The notes beneath the pieces were generated by a model. The model saw nothing but the letters and a program-made list of their open reading frames with translations. It was not told the origin of the DNA and did no database searches. A stretch of 64,000 nt of DNA from Azolla caroliniana (lineage: Eukaryota; Plantae; Polypodiophyta). Position numbers and translations under genes: made by a program. Positions 27,983-39,873 of the stretch are shown in pieces (within the stretch, counting starts at the first letter, position 1; each line of letters begins with the position of its first letter). The stretch is taken from contig JBHGNT010000002.1 in NCBI GenBank assembly GCA_043228905.1, forward strand, positions 372,001 through 436,000, given 5' to 3'.

Positions 27983-28213
27983 TTCACTCACTCGAAACTT
28001 ACACCAAAAACTCCATCCACCTCATGCCCATGCCTGGACTATAACTAACTAACTAACTTAACTATATATATATATACTTCAAAGAAGGAGCCAACAACAT
28101 TGTCTCACTGAGCCACACACATACCTAGTACAGAAATAATCCACTAATAATCCACTATCAAATATAAATCTGATACACCAAAGTTCGACTCTAAACAAGT
28201 TAGAGTAGCAGAC

Positions 28214-29056
28214 ATGGCATCGTCCCCGGATCATCATCATCGTCATCCTGATCTCTCTGGCCGAGTGGCCATAGTCACAGGGGGGTCCCGCGGGATCGGG
28301 CGAGAGGTGTGCCTACACTTAGCACAACACGGCGCCTCTGTGGTAGTATGCTACGCAGGAGACGCGCAAGCAGCATCAGACGTCCTGGGCCTCATCAATA
28401 TGCAGACACAAACACAAACGGATGTGGCTGGCGGACAAGAAGAAGAGCAGAAGGCAAAGGCGAAGGCGAAGGCGATAGCCGTGAAGGGCGACGTGTCGAA
28501 AGAGGCGGATGTAAAGGCCATTTTCGATGCTGCGATTCAAGCCTTTGGCCATGTCAACATCGTCATAAATCTGGCTGGCATTTTTCTGAGTAGCTACCCC
28601 ACCTTAGAGCAGACCTCCTCAGAAGATTGGGAGCGAACCATGTCGGTGAACGCCACCGGAACATTCCTGGTCCTTAAAGAGGCTGCCCAACGAATTGTGG
28701 CCGGAGGCAAAGGTCGTATTGTGACCACAAGCTCATCTATGGTGCATGTCCTCAAGCCCGGCTACGGTGCCTATGTGGCCAGCAAGGCAGCCGTCGAAAC
28801 CTTAACTAAAATCATGGCCAAGGAATTGAGAGGTCGTCGCATAACAGCCAATTGTGTGGCACCAGGACCAGTGGCCACAGACATGTTTTATGCGGGGAAA
28901 GACGAGGCACTCGTGGAGAGCTTCAGGGATGCGCCTCCATTGCAACGCCTGGGCACCCCTCAGGACATCGCACCTCTTATCTTATTCCTGGTCAGTGATG
29001 CTGGAGAATGGGTGAATGGGCAGGTCATTCAGGCTAACGGTGGATTGGCCATATGA
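28214..29056 (+). CDS. Classical short-chain dehydrogenase/reductase (NADPH-dependent aldehyde reductase-like), intronless
   Basis: TGGSRGIG cofactor motif, INLAG, catalytic S and YVASK, ANCVAPGPVATDMF, WVNGQVIQANGG; intact 280-aa ORF. Confidence 0.95.
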   Translation: MASSPDHHHRHPDLSGRVAIVTGGSRGIGREVCLHLAQHGASVVVCYAGDAQAASDVLGLINMQTQTQTDVAGGQEEEQKAKAKAKAIAVKGDVSKEADVKAIFDAAIQAFGHVNIVINLAGIFLSSYPTLEQTSSEDWERTMSVNATGTFLVLKEAAQRIVAGGKGRIVTTSSSMVHVLKPGYGAYVASKAAVETLTKIMAKELRGRRITANCVAPGPVATDMFYAGKDEALVESFRDAPPLQRLGTPQDIAPLILFLVSDAGEWVNGQVIQANGGLAI

Positions 29057-29699
29057 TATGATATGATTATGTCAATACGGCACATCTCATATCATACATA
29101 TAGTGTGCTCTTCTGCTAGTCAGCTGCCTCATTTCTTGTCCTCTTTATGTTATGTAGGTACCATAAATCCGATTTTCCCTCACATTGGGCTTTAAAGTAT
29201 GTATGTAGGATATGTATTTCTTCTAATGCCATCAGCAGACGCACAAATCTAAAACACCTGAAGCTAGCTAGCTTTATCAAGTCATTATACATAAGGTTTT
29301 GCATAAGTTACATACATGACTCTGCAAAATAGTACAGTCAAAATAAAACATTGAAGTTGCAAACACATTTTGAATAAAACACGGGAATCATAAGTAGACT
29401 GAATATGTCCAATTTGCATCAAACAACGTCATTAGCTGATTTTCTGGTGATGCAACATGGTGGCTCCAAATTAGTAGTGCACATACAGTCGATGGTACCA
29501 CTTCTAATTACCTGCAGTGCAACTCCAAATTCTTGTAGTATATCTTAAAAGAATAAGTGTACCATCTTGAGTTATAACCTATCATTTACAGACATCTTTT
29601 GTTCGCACCTGTCTTGAGTGCTTGTTTTGTAAGTAAGCGTCTATACGTATAAACAGTTCTTTTACTATAATCAAGCATACCATTTGTACAAACTTTGTT

Positions 29700-31230
29700 C
29701 TTGATATGTGTCTCCTCCTAAGAAGGGCTTTTCATACATTGAAGCACAAAGTCTCTATGTGTGAATAAAGCATACACATATGAGCTCAACCTTCTTGGTG
29801 GTGTCTTAAGAATGACACTTAAGTTATCGCTCCCTCCCTCTTAGTATGTTAGGATATCTTGAACGAATTGCACTATATGTCGAGCAAGTGACATACATCC
29901 TCTACCATGCCTTCATTGCATACTTTGCATGACTTCAAATTCGTTAGATTTTGGTACCATGATGCAACTTCAATACCTAACTTATGAGATCGAGTGCGAA
30001 GTAGTGTAAGGGCTCTATGAGCATTACTACTCATACTGGTAATGAGATAAGCTTGGATACGATCAATAGACATTCTTGCTTTATATTGACACCAACATTC
30101 AGGGTTGACATTTGCAATGTAGTATTCTAGCTTTGTCCTCTTAGCATCTTCCCACTTCATCCTTGATTCCACCAACCTTTCCTCAATCCTAACATCCTGC
30201 ATAACATTACCTGAAAGCTCTAAAGGGTCATCCTCACCCCATCCTCTAAACCATTTCCTTATGTCAACAACCCAACCAAATGAGAGAATCTTAATTTTAT
30301 GATTCTTTTGTATCTTACATCCAACATTCCAAGCAAGATGTGGTAATCGACGATTCGACATATTCTTGACTTTTGTAATGTATTTATATACTCTTTGGAG
30401 TGCCAATAGTTTTATGGGTCGAACACTTCTTTCCAAGAGCATAACTTGGTAAGAGGTAGTGCATTTAGATTATGATTCCCTCCTTACAAACATCTTTTGA
30501 TTTTCTCAATCTCATTCCATACATTAAGAGAGATGATGCCACCCCATACTTGTACTCCATAAAGCAATACTTGAGTTACCATGACATTAAACAACAATAG
30601 TTTTACTTCCCATCCACAAGTATCCACTTTGCTTGCATTAGGCCTCCAAAAGGTAATACGATTCCCAACCAGCTTGGAGCCTAGAATCAAAGCATGCACT
30701 CCATTTATTTATGGCGGGTACATCAATACCAAGATATTTAAAGCTTCGAACAAATTGTATTTATCCACCTCTATATGTGAGCATAGGGTAATGATGAGGT
30801 TGCATGGTTTGCACTACCATCATTTTTGTTTTCTCCACATTCATTGTTAGTCCACTACTATGGCAAAATTCTTCTAATACCCCAAGTAAATTTTGCTTTC
30901 TATCAATATCATATGAGAAGAGTACCACATTATCTGCATATAGAAGCAATAAGATAACATGTTGCATCAATTTGGGGCATTCAATTCTTCTTCTCTTGTA
31001 ACCTTATTCGCCACTTCTTCTAATTTATCAACACATAAGCCAAAGAGTATGGGTGATAGTGGACATCCTTGCTTGACCCCCATGTTACTTAAAAACTACT
31101 TTGAGAATCCACTATCCATTTTTAGTTGGCATTTAACTGGTTCATATAGGCATGCAACAGTAACTCCGTACTCTAATGACATATCAATCTCTACCATTCT
31201 ATTCCAAAGCTCACTTCGTGGTACGATATC
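29700..31230 (-). mobile_element. Decayed LINE (RT to C-terminal Cys motif)
   Basis: GVKQGCPLSP, LLYADNVV, LRTRSHKLGIEVASW...CKVC...VEDVCHLL. Confidence 0.85.
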
Positions 31231-31975
31231 ATGTTTGCAACTTGGAGACTTCACAAGCAATGTGGGAGTACATACTAAACTCAGTCGACCCTGTGTTGGA
31301 ACAACAAAAATAAAATATTCCCCTATAGTTCTCTCATGAACCTAGAATTGCATGAGGCCAAATTACAACATGATCCATTTATTAGCAAGTGCAAAAAACA
31401 ATTAGATGCAACAACGACATAACATACGTAGATTGAGACCTTGAAATGTGAGATCTTGATGGTAGAATTACCATAATCTTGGAGCATGTTTGTCAACATC
31501 CATAGTGAGCACAAAGACTTCAACCTATAAAGCCTAATAGCAACACTGAAGCTTGACGAATTGTGAAGGAAAAGGACAAACGCTCAACGTGAAGCAGCCA
31601 CGGTCGTGGAATCAATGAGTCAAGGAAACTTTTCAACACAAAAGTTTCAGAAATGTAAACCTAAAAATAGGCCTAATTGAGTAGGTATCGCCATATTCAC
31701 TATTAGTTGCGGATCTTGCACCAGTCTAGCCATTTTGAACAAGAGCACTGCAAGAAGAAGTGGTACACCCTAAAAGGAAAGGCGGAGAGAGTTCTTCCTC
31801 CAGTACATAGTGCCTTCCTTGTTAGAAACTCCGAATACACATTGTTATGAAGAAGAAGCTAACAATCCCATTCAAGTTGGAAAAACTATTGGTGCTAAAC
31901 CCTTAACAAATAATTGAACCCTCCACAACTACCAACTTTTTTTACAAGCCCTTGAACTTACTGAGATTGGGTGAT

Positions 31976-33136
31976 TGTAAAGAATCGGATATGATTCTTG
32001 TGAAGCAGAAGAGATGTGAGTTATGTGTGTATGTGTGAGAGAAGAGAGGAGAAGAGAGAAACACAAGATAGATAAGAGACAATATGAAGTACTCAAGAAG
32101 AAGAAGGAGATGTATATTAACAAGTAGAATATGAGATACAAAATAGCGTTACAAGGAGTCACAACCGACTTAGTATGAAGTATGAGGAGGGTGCTTTATA
32201 TAGAGTTATCCTCTCTCTTCATTAACTTACAACAACCACTCTCTATCTTGGGGAATGTGAAGCCTCATAGTCATGGGGAATATGTAACTCATTAGTTATG
32301 TGTCATAAAATATGATTCTATGACACATAGTTAATGTGTAGAGAGTAGTGGTGTGACTCTTGACCTTTGAGTAATCATAGATTCTCAAAAGGTGTGTTCA
32401 CACGTTGTGCTATGTTGATCTTGATTCTCAACACAACCCCTCAAGATCAACTCGGGTTGGTTCCTTTTGATTGATGTCCGCTTCGGTTGGTATCCGATTC
32501 GGACGATCTCCGGTGTCCGTTTCGGCTCATACCCGGTTCGGACAATATCTGGTTCTCGCTTGTACTCCCCGTCAAGCTTGGCAAGTCAGGGATCGTCAAT
32601 CCAAGGTCTGACATGAATTGTCGAAGCTTGTCGGCTCCTAAGGCTTTGGTGAAGATGTCGGCCGTCTGAAGATTCGTGTTGATGTGTTGAAGGTCAACAT
32701 CTCCAACCTCTACGCGCTCTCGAATGAAGTGATAGTGCACTTCGATATGCTTTGTGTGTGCGTGGAACACCGGGTTCTGAGCCAGATATATACTTCTCAT
32801 GTTGTCGCAGTAAAGGGGAGTCAGATCCTTGATGGGAACGCCCAGATCCTTCAAAATCCTCTTGAGCCATACGGCTTCACATGCAGCTACGGATGTGCCC
32901 ATGTATTCCGCCGCCGTACTTGAAAGAGCGACGGTAGTTGCTTCTTGCTACTCCACGAAATCGCTCTGATGCCGAGGGGGAAGACAAATCCGGAGGTCAA
33001 TCGTCGATCGGCTTTGTAGGTAGCCTAGTCCGCGTCTGTGTACCCTTTGAGTCATATTGGTGTGGCCAATGCGTAGAGAACGTCGTAATCCATTGTGTCG
33101 CTCACGTATCGTAATACTCGCTTAGCGTAATCCAAG
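31976..33136 (-). mobile_element. Copia 3' fragment: 3' LTR (31976-32433), PPT, RNase H
   Basis: TG...CA LTR related to 33568-33949; [29 protein letters not shown]. Confidence 0.9.
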
Positions 33137-33193
33137 TGTCGTGACTTGAGAATAGGAGAGAGAAAAATAAGATGACAATAGAAGGTAGAGGGG

Positions 33194-33225
<32 letters not shown>

Positions 33226-33564
33226 ACACTAGAAATGGAAAGAGAGTTTATATTATAAGAGAGCAAGGATTACAAAGAGTAGGCTAAGGGGCTACAAACT
33301 AGTGTTGAACCGAATGAGTTGTGATGAATGAATAGACACCTATTTATAGGTCCTTATGGAGTATTCTAGAATGTTCTAGAATATTTTAGATATTTATGAT
33401 ATTTAATATAATCATGGAATATCCTAGAATGTTCTAGAATACTCTAGATTGTTCTGGAATACTCTAGAATGTTCTAGAATACTCTAAATGTCTTGTAATA
33501 ACTAATAATACATTTATTATAACTATACATCATATATGTTAGTATAATGGTTAAAGGTTTAACA
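33137..33564 (-). mobile_element. LTR-like unit (~428 bp) with HSE array, TATA box and (CT)n tract
   Basis: Bounded by TG/CA (plus strand TGTCGTG...TTAACA); CCTATAAATAGG on the minus strand at ~33339-33350; interrupts Copia coding sequence. No TSD visible. Confidence 0.65.
33363..33488. promoter_or_regulatory. Heat-shock element array (alternating nGAAn/nTTCn)
   Basis: TTCtaGAAtgTTCtaGAA at 33364-33381 and about 14 in-phase perfect or near-perfect pentamers at 33417-33488. Confidence 0.7.
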
Positions 33565-33567
33565 TAT

Positions 33568-36500
33568 TGTAAAGAATCAAGAGATTGATTCTTGTGAAGC
33601 GGAATAGGTGTGAACTGTGTGTGTATGTGTGTATGAGATAGAGAGAGAGACACACACACAGAGTATACGCAAGGTTAAGTATATTAGCAAAGGAGAAAGA
33701 CTCAACATTATACAAGCTGGGAGGAGGGTGCTTTATGTAGTCACCCTCTCTCTTCATTAACTACAAGGCTCATGGAGCATGGGGAATGTGAAAGCTCATA
33801 AGTTACGTGTCATAGAATATGATTCTATGACTCATACTAAATGCTAGAATACAAAGTGGTGACATAATGGTGACTCTTGACCGTTGGAGTGTCTCTTCAC
33901 TCTCAAGGTGAGTTCACACACTAGACCAAGTTGAGCTTGATTCTCAACACGCCCCCTCAAGCTCAAGTCGGGTCGGTTTCAGACTGTATCCGAAATCCGC
34001 TTCAACTCGCGTTCTAGAGTCCGCGTCAACTCGTGTCGACTCGCATGTATGCGGAGTTGCGGAATCCGTGCTCCAGCTTGCGTTGTGCGTAGTTACGAAA
34101 TCAGTGCTTCGGCTTGCGTGCGTAGTTGCGAAGTTTGTGCTTCGACTTGCGTCTTTCTTCGCGGTTTTGTTGCGTGGTTGCGGAATCCACGCGTTATTGC
34201 ATAGTGTCTTCAGTACTCCCCCTCAAGCTTGGCAAATCACGGATCGTCAATCCGAGATCGGTCATGAATTGCCATAGCTTGTCGGCTCCTAAGGCTTTAG
34301 TGAAGATGTCGGCCGTTTGAAAATTGGTGCTTATGTGTTGTAGGTCGACGTCGCTAGCCAGAACGCGCTCTCGGATGAAGTGATAGTGCACTTCGATGTG
34401 CTTTGTCCTCGCGTGGAACACCGGGTTCCGAGCCAGATAGATATTGCTCATGTTGTCGCAGTAAAGGGAAGTCGGATCCTTGATGGGTACGCCCAGATCC
34501 TTCAAAATCCTCTTGAGCCATACGGCTTCACACGCAGCTACAGCTGCGCCCCTGTATTCCGCCTCCGTACTCGAAAGAGCGACGGTGGGCTGCTTCTTGC
34601 TACTCCAGGATATTGCTCCGCTGCAAAGGGAGAAAACAAATCCGGAGGTTGATCTTCTATCGGCTTTGTAGCCGGCCCAATCGGCGTCTGTGTACCCCTC
34701 GAGTCGTATTGGCATCGCAGCCTTGTAGAGGATGCCACAATCCATTGTGCCGCTCACGTACCGTAGAACTCGCTTAGCGCAATCCAAGTGAGTATCACAC
34801 GGTGTTTGCATGAATTGGCTAAGGAGACCGACCGGATAACTGAGATCGGGTCGAGTGATCGTGAGGTAGATGAGACTCCCGATGAGTTGCCAATACTGAG
34901 TCATCTTTGCCACCAGGGCAAAGGTCTCTTCGTAGTCGACGCCATGCGTCTGAGCGTATCCTTTCGCTACGAGTCGAGCTTTGTAGCGGTTTACAGAGTC
35001 ATCGGCGTTATACTTCACCTTGTAGATCCATCTAGATCCGATCGCCTTTTTGTGTGGTGAGGTGGGAACGAGATCCCACGTCTCGTTCTTCCGTAGTGCC
35101 TGCATCTCCTCGTTCATTGCTTCGATCCATCGCGGGTCCTTCGCGGCTTCCGAAAAGGTTTCCGGCTCCCGTACTGTCACTACCTTCATCATAAAGGCGT
35201 AATGGTACGCCATGTAATCGTTGTAGCCGAATCGGCTTACGGGGTTCTTTTCACGAGTGGATCGGCGGAGCTTTTCATTTGCAGAGATGAGGACTTTCTT
35301 TGCTCCGATTGGTACCTCGAAACAGCCGAACTCACTGTCGAGTGAGTGAGTTGACTCATCATCGGTGAAGCGATCGTCTTCGTATTCCGCCATTTTCGCC
35401 TTGCCTTTGTCCATCTACGGGCTAGGCCGTGATGTGCTTTGATCGCTCAAAGGCTCTTGTGGTCCGCTCAGTCGAGTCGTGATCGGACTTTCTTCGAACA
35501 TGCGCGTAAGATGATCTTCATCCTCTATCTCTTGTTCGGTGGATTCCGGATCGAGCGGAGTCGGAGGCGAAGTTGTCTCTGGTGCGTACCAGGATGCAGA
35601 CTCGTCAAAGACGACGTCTCGACTTACCCGAGATTTTCGAGTTGAGGGGTTGTAGCACTTGTACCCCTTTTGCTCCAGTGAGTATCCTACGAGGATACAT
35701 TTCTCCGACTTCGGGTCAAGCTTTTGATGCTTCTCGTCGGGGATGTGCACGTACGCAATGGAGCCGAATATCCGAACATGTGATAGATTCGGCTTCTTTC
35801 CGAAGAATCTTTCATGTGGAGTGACCTCGTGCACGCCGGATGTTGTGCATCGGTTCATTAGGTAGACAGCCGTATTTGCCGCTTCGGCCCAATATGACTT
35901 GGGCATATGCTTCTCGTTCATCATGGCCCGCGCTACTTCGAGGATGTGTCAATTTTTGCGCTCGGCTACTCCGTCTTGTTGCGGAGTGTGTCGGCAAGTG
36001 AATTCTCGCCGAATTCCTTCCTTTCGGAGATACACCGTGAAATCATCCGAGAAGTACTCCTTGCCGCCATCCGATCGAAGGCATCGTACATGTCGGCCCG
36101 TGGCTTTCTCGACTTCATTCTTGAAATTTTGGAAGTGTCTGAACACTTCGCTCTTTTGCCGCATCGGGTAGATCCAAGTGTGCCTAGAAAAGTCGTCGAC
36201 GAAGAGCACGTAATAGGGGCATCCGCCGAATGTCGCCGTTTGAGCCGGACCCCATATATCGGAATGAATTACGTCGAGTACGCCTTTGCTCACATTCCGC
36301 TCCTTCGGAAATGGGTGTCGGTGTTGCTTGCCGAATTGGCACGCTTCGCATACACCTTCAATCTCCTTCTCTTTGAATGTCGGGAGTCCGATAACAACTC
36401 CTTTCGATTTCATTGCTTTGAGTTTGTTGAGCTTGATGTGGCCGATTCGCTTATGCCATAGCTCTATGTCGGAGTTGGCTTTTGTGCTTTTCGCGAACAT

Positions 36501-39500
36501 GGCGGATTTCATCTCGTGTGAATCGAGAATGAACATTCGGCCCTCTCTTCTTCCGCGTGCGATGATTCGGCCTTCTTTTTCGATGAAGCACCCTTCTTGG
36601 TCGAATCGTACTTGCATCCCTTGCTCAACCATTTGGCCAACCGAGACCAAATTCTTTGTGATGGTAGGTACATGCAAGACATTTTTAATGTATGTTTGCT
36701 TACCTCTTTCGCCGAACGAGACATTCCCAATGTGCCGAATCGGGTGCGTAGTGTCATCTCCGGTTTCGACATAACCGGGTCGCTCCGGCTCTCGAAGTCG
36801 AGAAACCATTCTTTATGGGATGTCATATGGTTTGAGGCTCCGGAGTCTACAAACCATACGTCCTCCGGATTGAGGGCACTAGTTGAGGTAGAGGCCGACA
36901 TAAAGTTTGCTCTATGTTTTATCATGAACATTCCGCCACGGTCGGAGTTGCGTGTATACATTCCGCCACGATCTTCATAGTCGGAGTTGTTCCCGTACAT
37001 TCCGCTATACTCTTCGTAGTCGGAATTGTGTGCGTAATTCGTGAGTTATCGGCTTGTGGAAGCCAATTCACGCATCTTCTTTCGGCACTCTTCTTCGTGG
37101 TGGTCGAGCTTTCCGCAATATCCGCATTTGGTTGCGTTTTGACGGCTCAGGCCGGAGTGGAAGCTCCCCCTTCTTGCGAAGGTTCCTCGTTGGCCTCCGT
37201 TTTGCGGCCGAAATTGGGAGTTGTTGTCGTAGGTCGGACCTCGTCCGCCTTGTCCTTGTCCGAATCGGCCTCTCGCTCGTCCGCGTCCTCTTCCTCCAGT
37301 AGAGTGCGTGTAGAGCATGTGGCCTTCCGACTCATTGCTCCTTGTACGCACATGGTTTTCTTCGACCAATAGCATTGATTGGAGCTCGAAGAAGGAGGGC
37401 GATTTCTCCCGTGCTAGAACGGGGGTTCGCATCGCGCCGAACCGTGGTGCGAGGCCGCCGAGGCATATTTGCACCATCTCATCATCATCTATACATCATG
37501 GCCCGCGCTACTTCGAGGATGTGTCAATTTTTGCGCTCGGCTACTCCGTCTTGTTGCGGAGTGTGTCGGCAAGTGAATTCTCGCCGAATTCCTTCCTTTC
37601 GGAGATACACCGTGAAATCATCCGAGAAGTACTCCTTGCCGCCATCCGATCGAAGGCATCGTACATGTCGGCCCGTGGCTTTCTCGACTTCATTCTTGAA
37701 ATTTTGGAAGTGTCTGAACACTTCGCTCTTTTGCCGCATCGGGTAGATCCAAGTGTGCCTAGAAAAGTCGTCGACGAAGAGCACGTAATAGGGGCATCCG
37801 CCGAATGTCGCCGTTTGAGCCGGACCCCATATATCGGAATGAATTACGTCGAGTACGCCTTTGCTCACATTCCGCTCCTTCGGAAATGGGTGTCGGTGTT
37901 GCTTGCCGAATTGGCACGCTTCGCATACACCTTCAATCTCCTTCTCTTTGAATGTCGGGAGTCCGATAACAACTCCTTTCGATTTCATTGCTTTGAGTTT
38001 GTTGAGCTTGATGTGGCCGATTCGCTTATGCCATAGCTCTATGTCGGAGTTGGCTTTTGTGCTTTTCGCGAACATGGCGGATTTCATCTCGTGTGAATCG
38101 AGAATGAACATTCGGCCCTCTCTTCTTCCGCGTGCGATGATTCGGCCTTCTTTTTCGATGAAGCACCCTTCTTGGTCGAATCGTACTTGCATCCCTTGCT
38201 CAACCATTTGGCCAACCGAGACCAAATTCTTTGTGATGGTAGGTACATGCAAGACATTTTTAATGTATGTTTGCTTACCTCTTTCGCCGAACGAGACATT
38301 CCCAATGTGCCGAATCGGGTGCGTAGTGTCATCTCCGGTTTCGACATAACCGGGTCGCTCCGGCTCTCGAAGTTCGAGAAACCATTCTTTATGGGATGTC
38401 ATATGGTTTGAGGCTCCGGAGTCTACAAACCATACGTCCTCCGGATTGAGGGCACTAGTTGAGGTAGAGGCCGACATAAAGTTTGCTCTATGTTTTATCA
38501 TGAACATTCCGCCACGGTCGGAGTTGCGTGTATACATTCCGCCACGATCTTCATAGTCGGAGTTGTTCCCGTACATTCCGCTATACTCTTCGTAGTCGGA
38601 ATTGTGTGCGTAATTCGTGAGTTATCGGCTTGTGGAAGCCAATTCACGCATCTTCTTTCGGCACTCTTCTTCGTGGTGGTCGAGCTTTCCGCAATATCCG
38701 CATTTGGTTGCGTTTTGACGGCTCAGGCCGGAGTGGAAGCTCCCCCTTCTTGCGAAGGTTCCTCGTTGGCCTCCGTTTTGCGGCCGAAATTGGGAGTTGT
38801 TGTCGTAGGTCGGACCTCGTCCGCCTTGTCCTTGTCCGAATCGGCCTCTCGCTCGTCCGCGTCCTCTTCCTCCAGTAGAGTGCGTGTAGAGCATGTGGCC
38901 TTCCGACTCATTGCTCCTTGTACGCACATGGTTTTCTTCGACCAATAGCATTGATTGGAGCTCGAAGAAGGAGGGCGATTTCTCCCGTGCTAGAACGGGG
39001 GTTCGCATCGCGCCGAACCGTGGTGCGAGGCCGCCGAGGCATTATTGAGCCGAGCGAGTCGCAAAGCTCCTTGATCTTCAAGGTATATGTCGTGATAAAC
39101 ATATCCCTTTGTTGAATGTTGTTCAACTCTTGGCGGAGTTGAAGCTTCCTCGAGGTCGTGTTGGCAGCGAAAATCTTTCGTAGGTTTTCCCACGCTTCCT
39201 TCGGCGTCTTGGCTTCTCGAATGTAACCGAGCATGTGGTCGTGAACACATGTCGCCAAACAATACATCACGCGGCTTGCGGCTTGCTCCCATGTCGCGTA
39301 TCCGGGAGCCGCTTCAGCGGGTCGGTCTTCATGCGCTCCTTTGATGTAGCTCCAATAGCCTTGTTCGACAAGGTATTGGTGCATCTTGTACTCCCAAGAT
39401 GCGAAGTTGTTTCGATCCAACTTCTCGGTAGGGAGAGCGCTCCCCATTTGAGTATTCATTATGTCGATTCTTCTTCTTCTTCTTCGCTCTTCGAATGCGA

Positions 39501-39873
39501 GCTATGTAGCGACGCTACGATAGCTATGAGCCGGTTCTTGGTCGTCAGCGTAGAGCACAACACACGATCACGATGAGGCGAATGGGCTAGATCGAGCTAC
39601 CAAATCGCTCTGATACCATGTAAAGAATCAAGAGATTGATTCTTGTGAAGCGGAATAGGTGTGAACTGTGTGTGTATGTGTGTATGAGATAGAGAGAGAG
39701 ACACACACACAGAGTATACGCAAGGTTAAGTATATTAGCAAAGGAGAAAGACTCAACATTATACAAGCTGGGAGGAGGGTGCTTTATGTAGTCACCCTCT
39801 CTCTTCATTAACTACAAGGCTCATGGAGCATGGGGAATGTGAAAGCTCATAAGTTACGTGTCATAGAATATGA
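33568..39873 (-). mobile_element. Young but defective Ty1/Copia element: 5' LTR (39619-39873, truncated), PBS, gag-PR-IN-RT-RH, PPT, 3' LTR (33568-33949)
   Basis: PBS TGGTATCAGAGC at 39607-39618; LTR copies look identical over ~255 bp; [59 protein letters not shown]; RT core deleted near 34900; several in-frame stops. Confidence 0.95.
35918..39041. repeat. ~1.55-kb internal tandem duplication (35918-37493 / 37494-39041)
   Basis: Identical ORF translations offset by 1575-1576 bp, e.g. 36286/37861 and 37054/38630. Confidence 0.95.

Noticed and set aside
33363-33488. CRISPR-like periodic palindromic repeats
   Set aside because: Contiguous 10/20-bp units without unique spacers, eukaryotic context, no cas genes.
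33474-33757. Identical small ORFs here and at 39587-39808
   Set aside because: They are simply translations of the two LTR copies.
38600-38630. Programmed stop read-through between gag and pol
   Set aside because: The in-frame TAA is best explained as a CAA to TAA transition; other stops of the same type occur, and the related element at 60.2-61.2 kb is open across this region.
35907-38948. Long plus-strand ORFs (e.g. 37317..38036)
   Set aside because: Antisense shadows of GC-rich Copia pol sequence.
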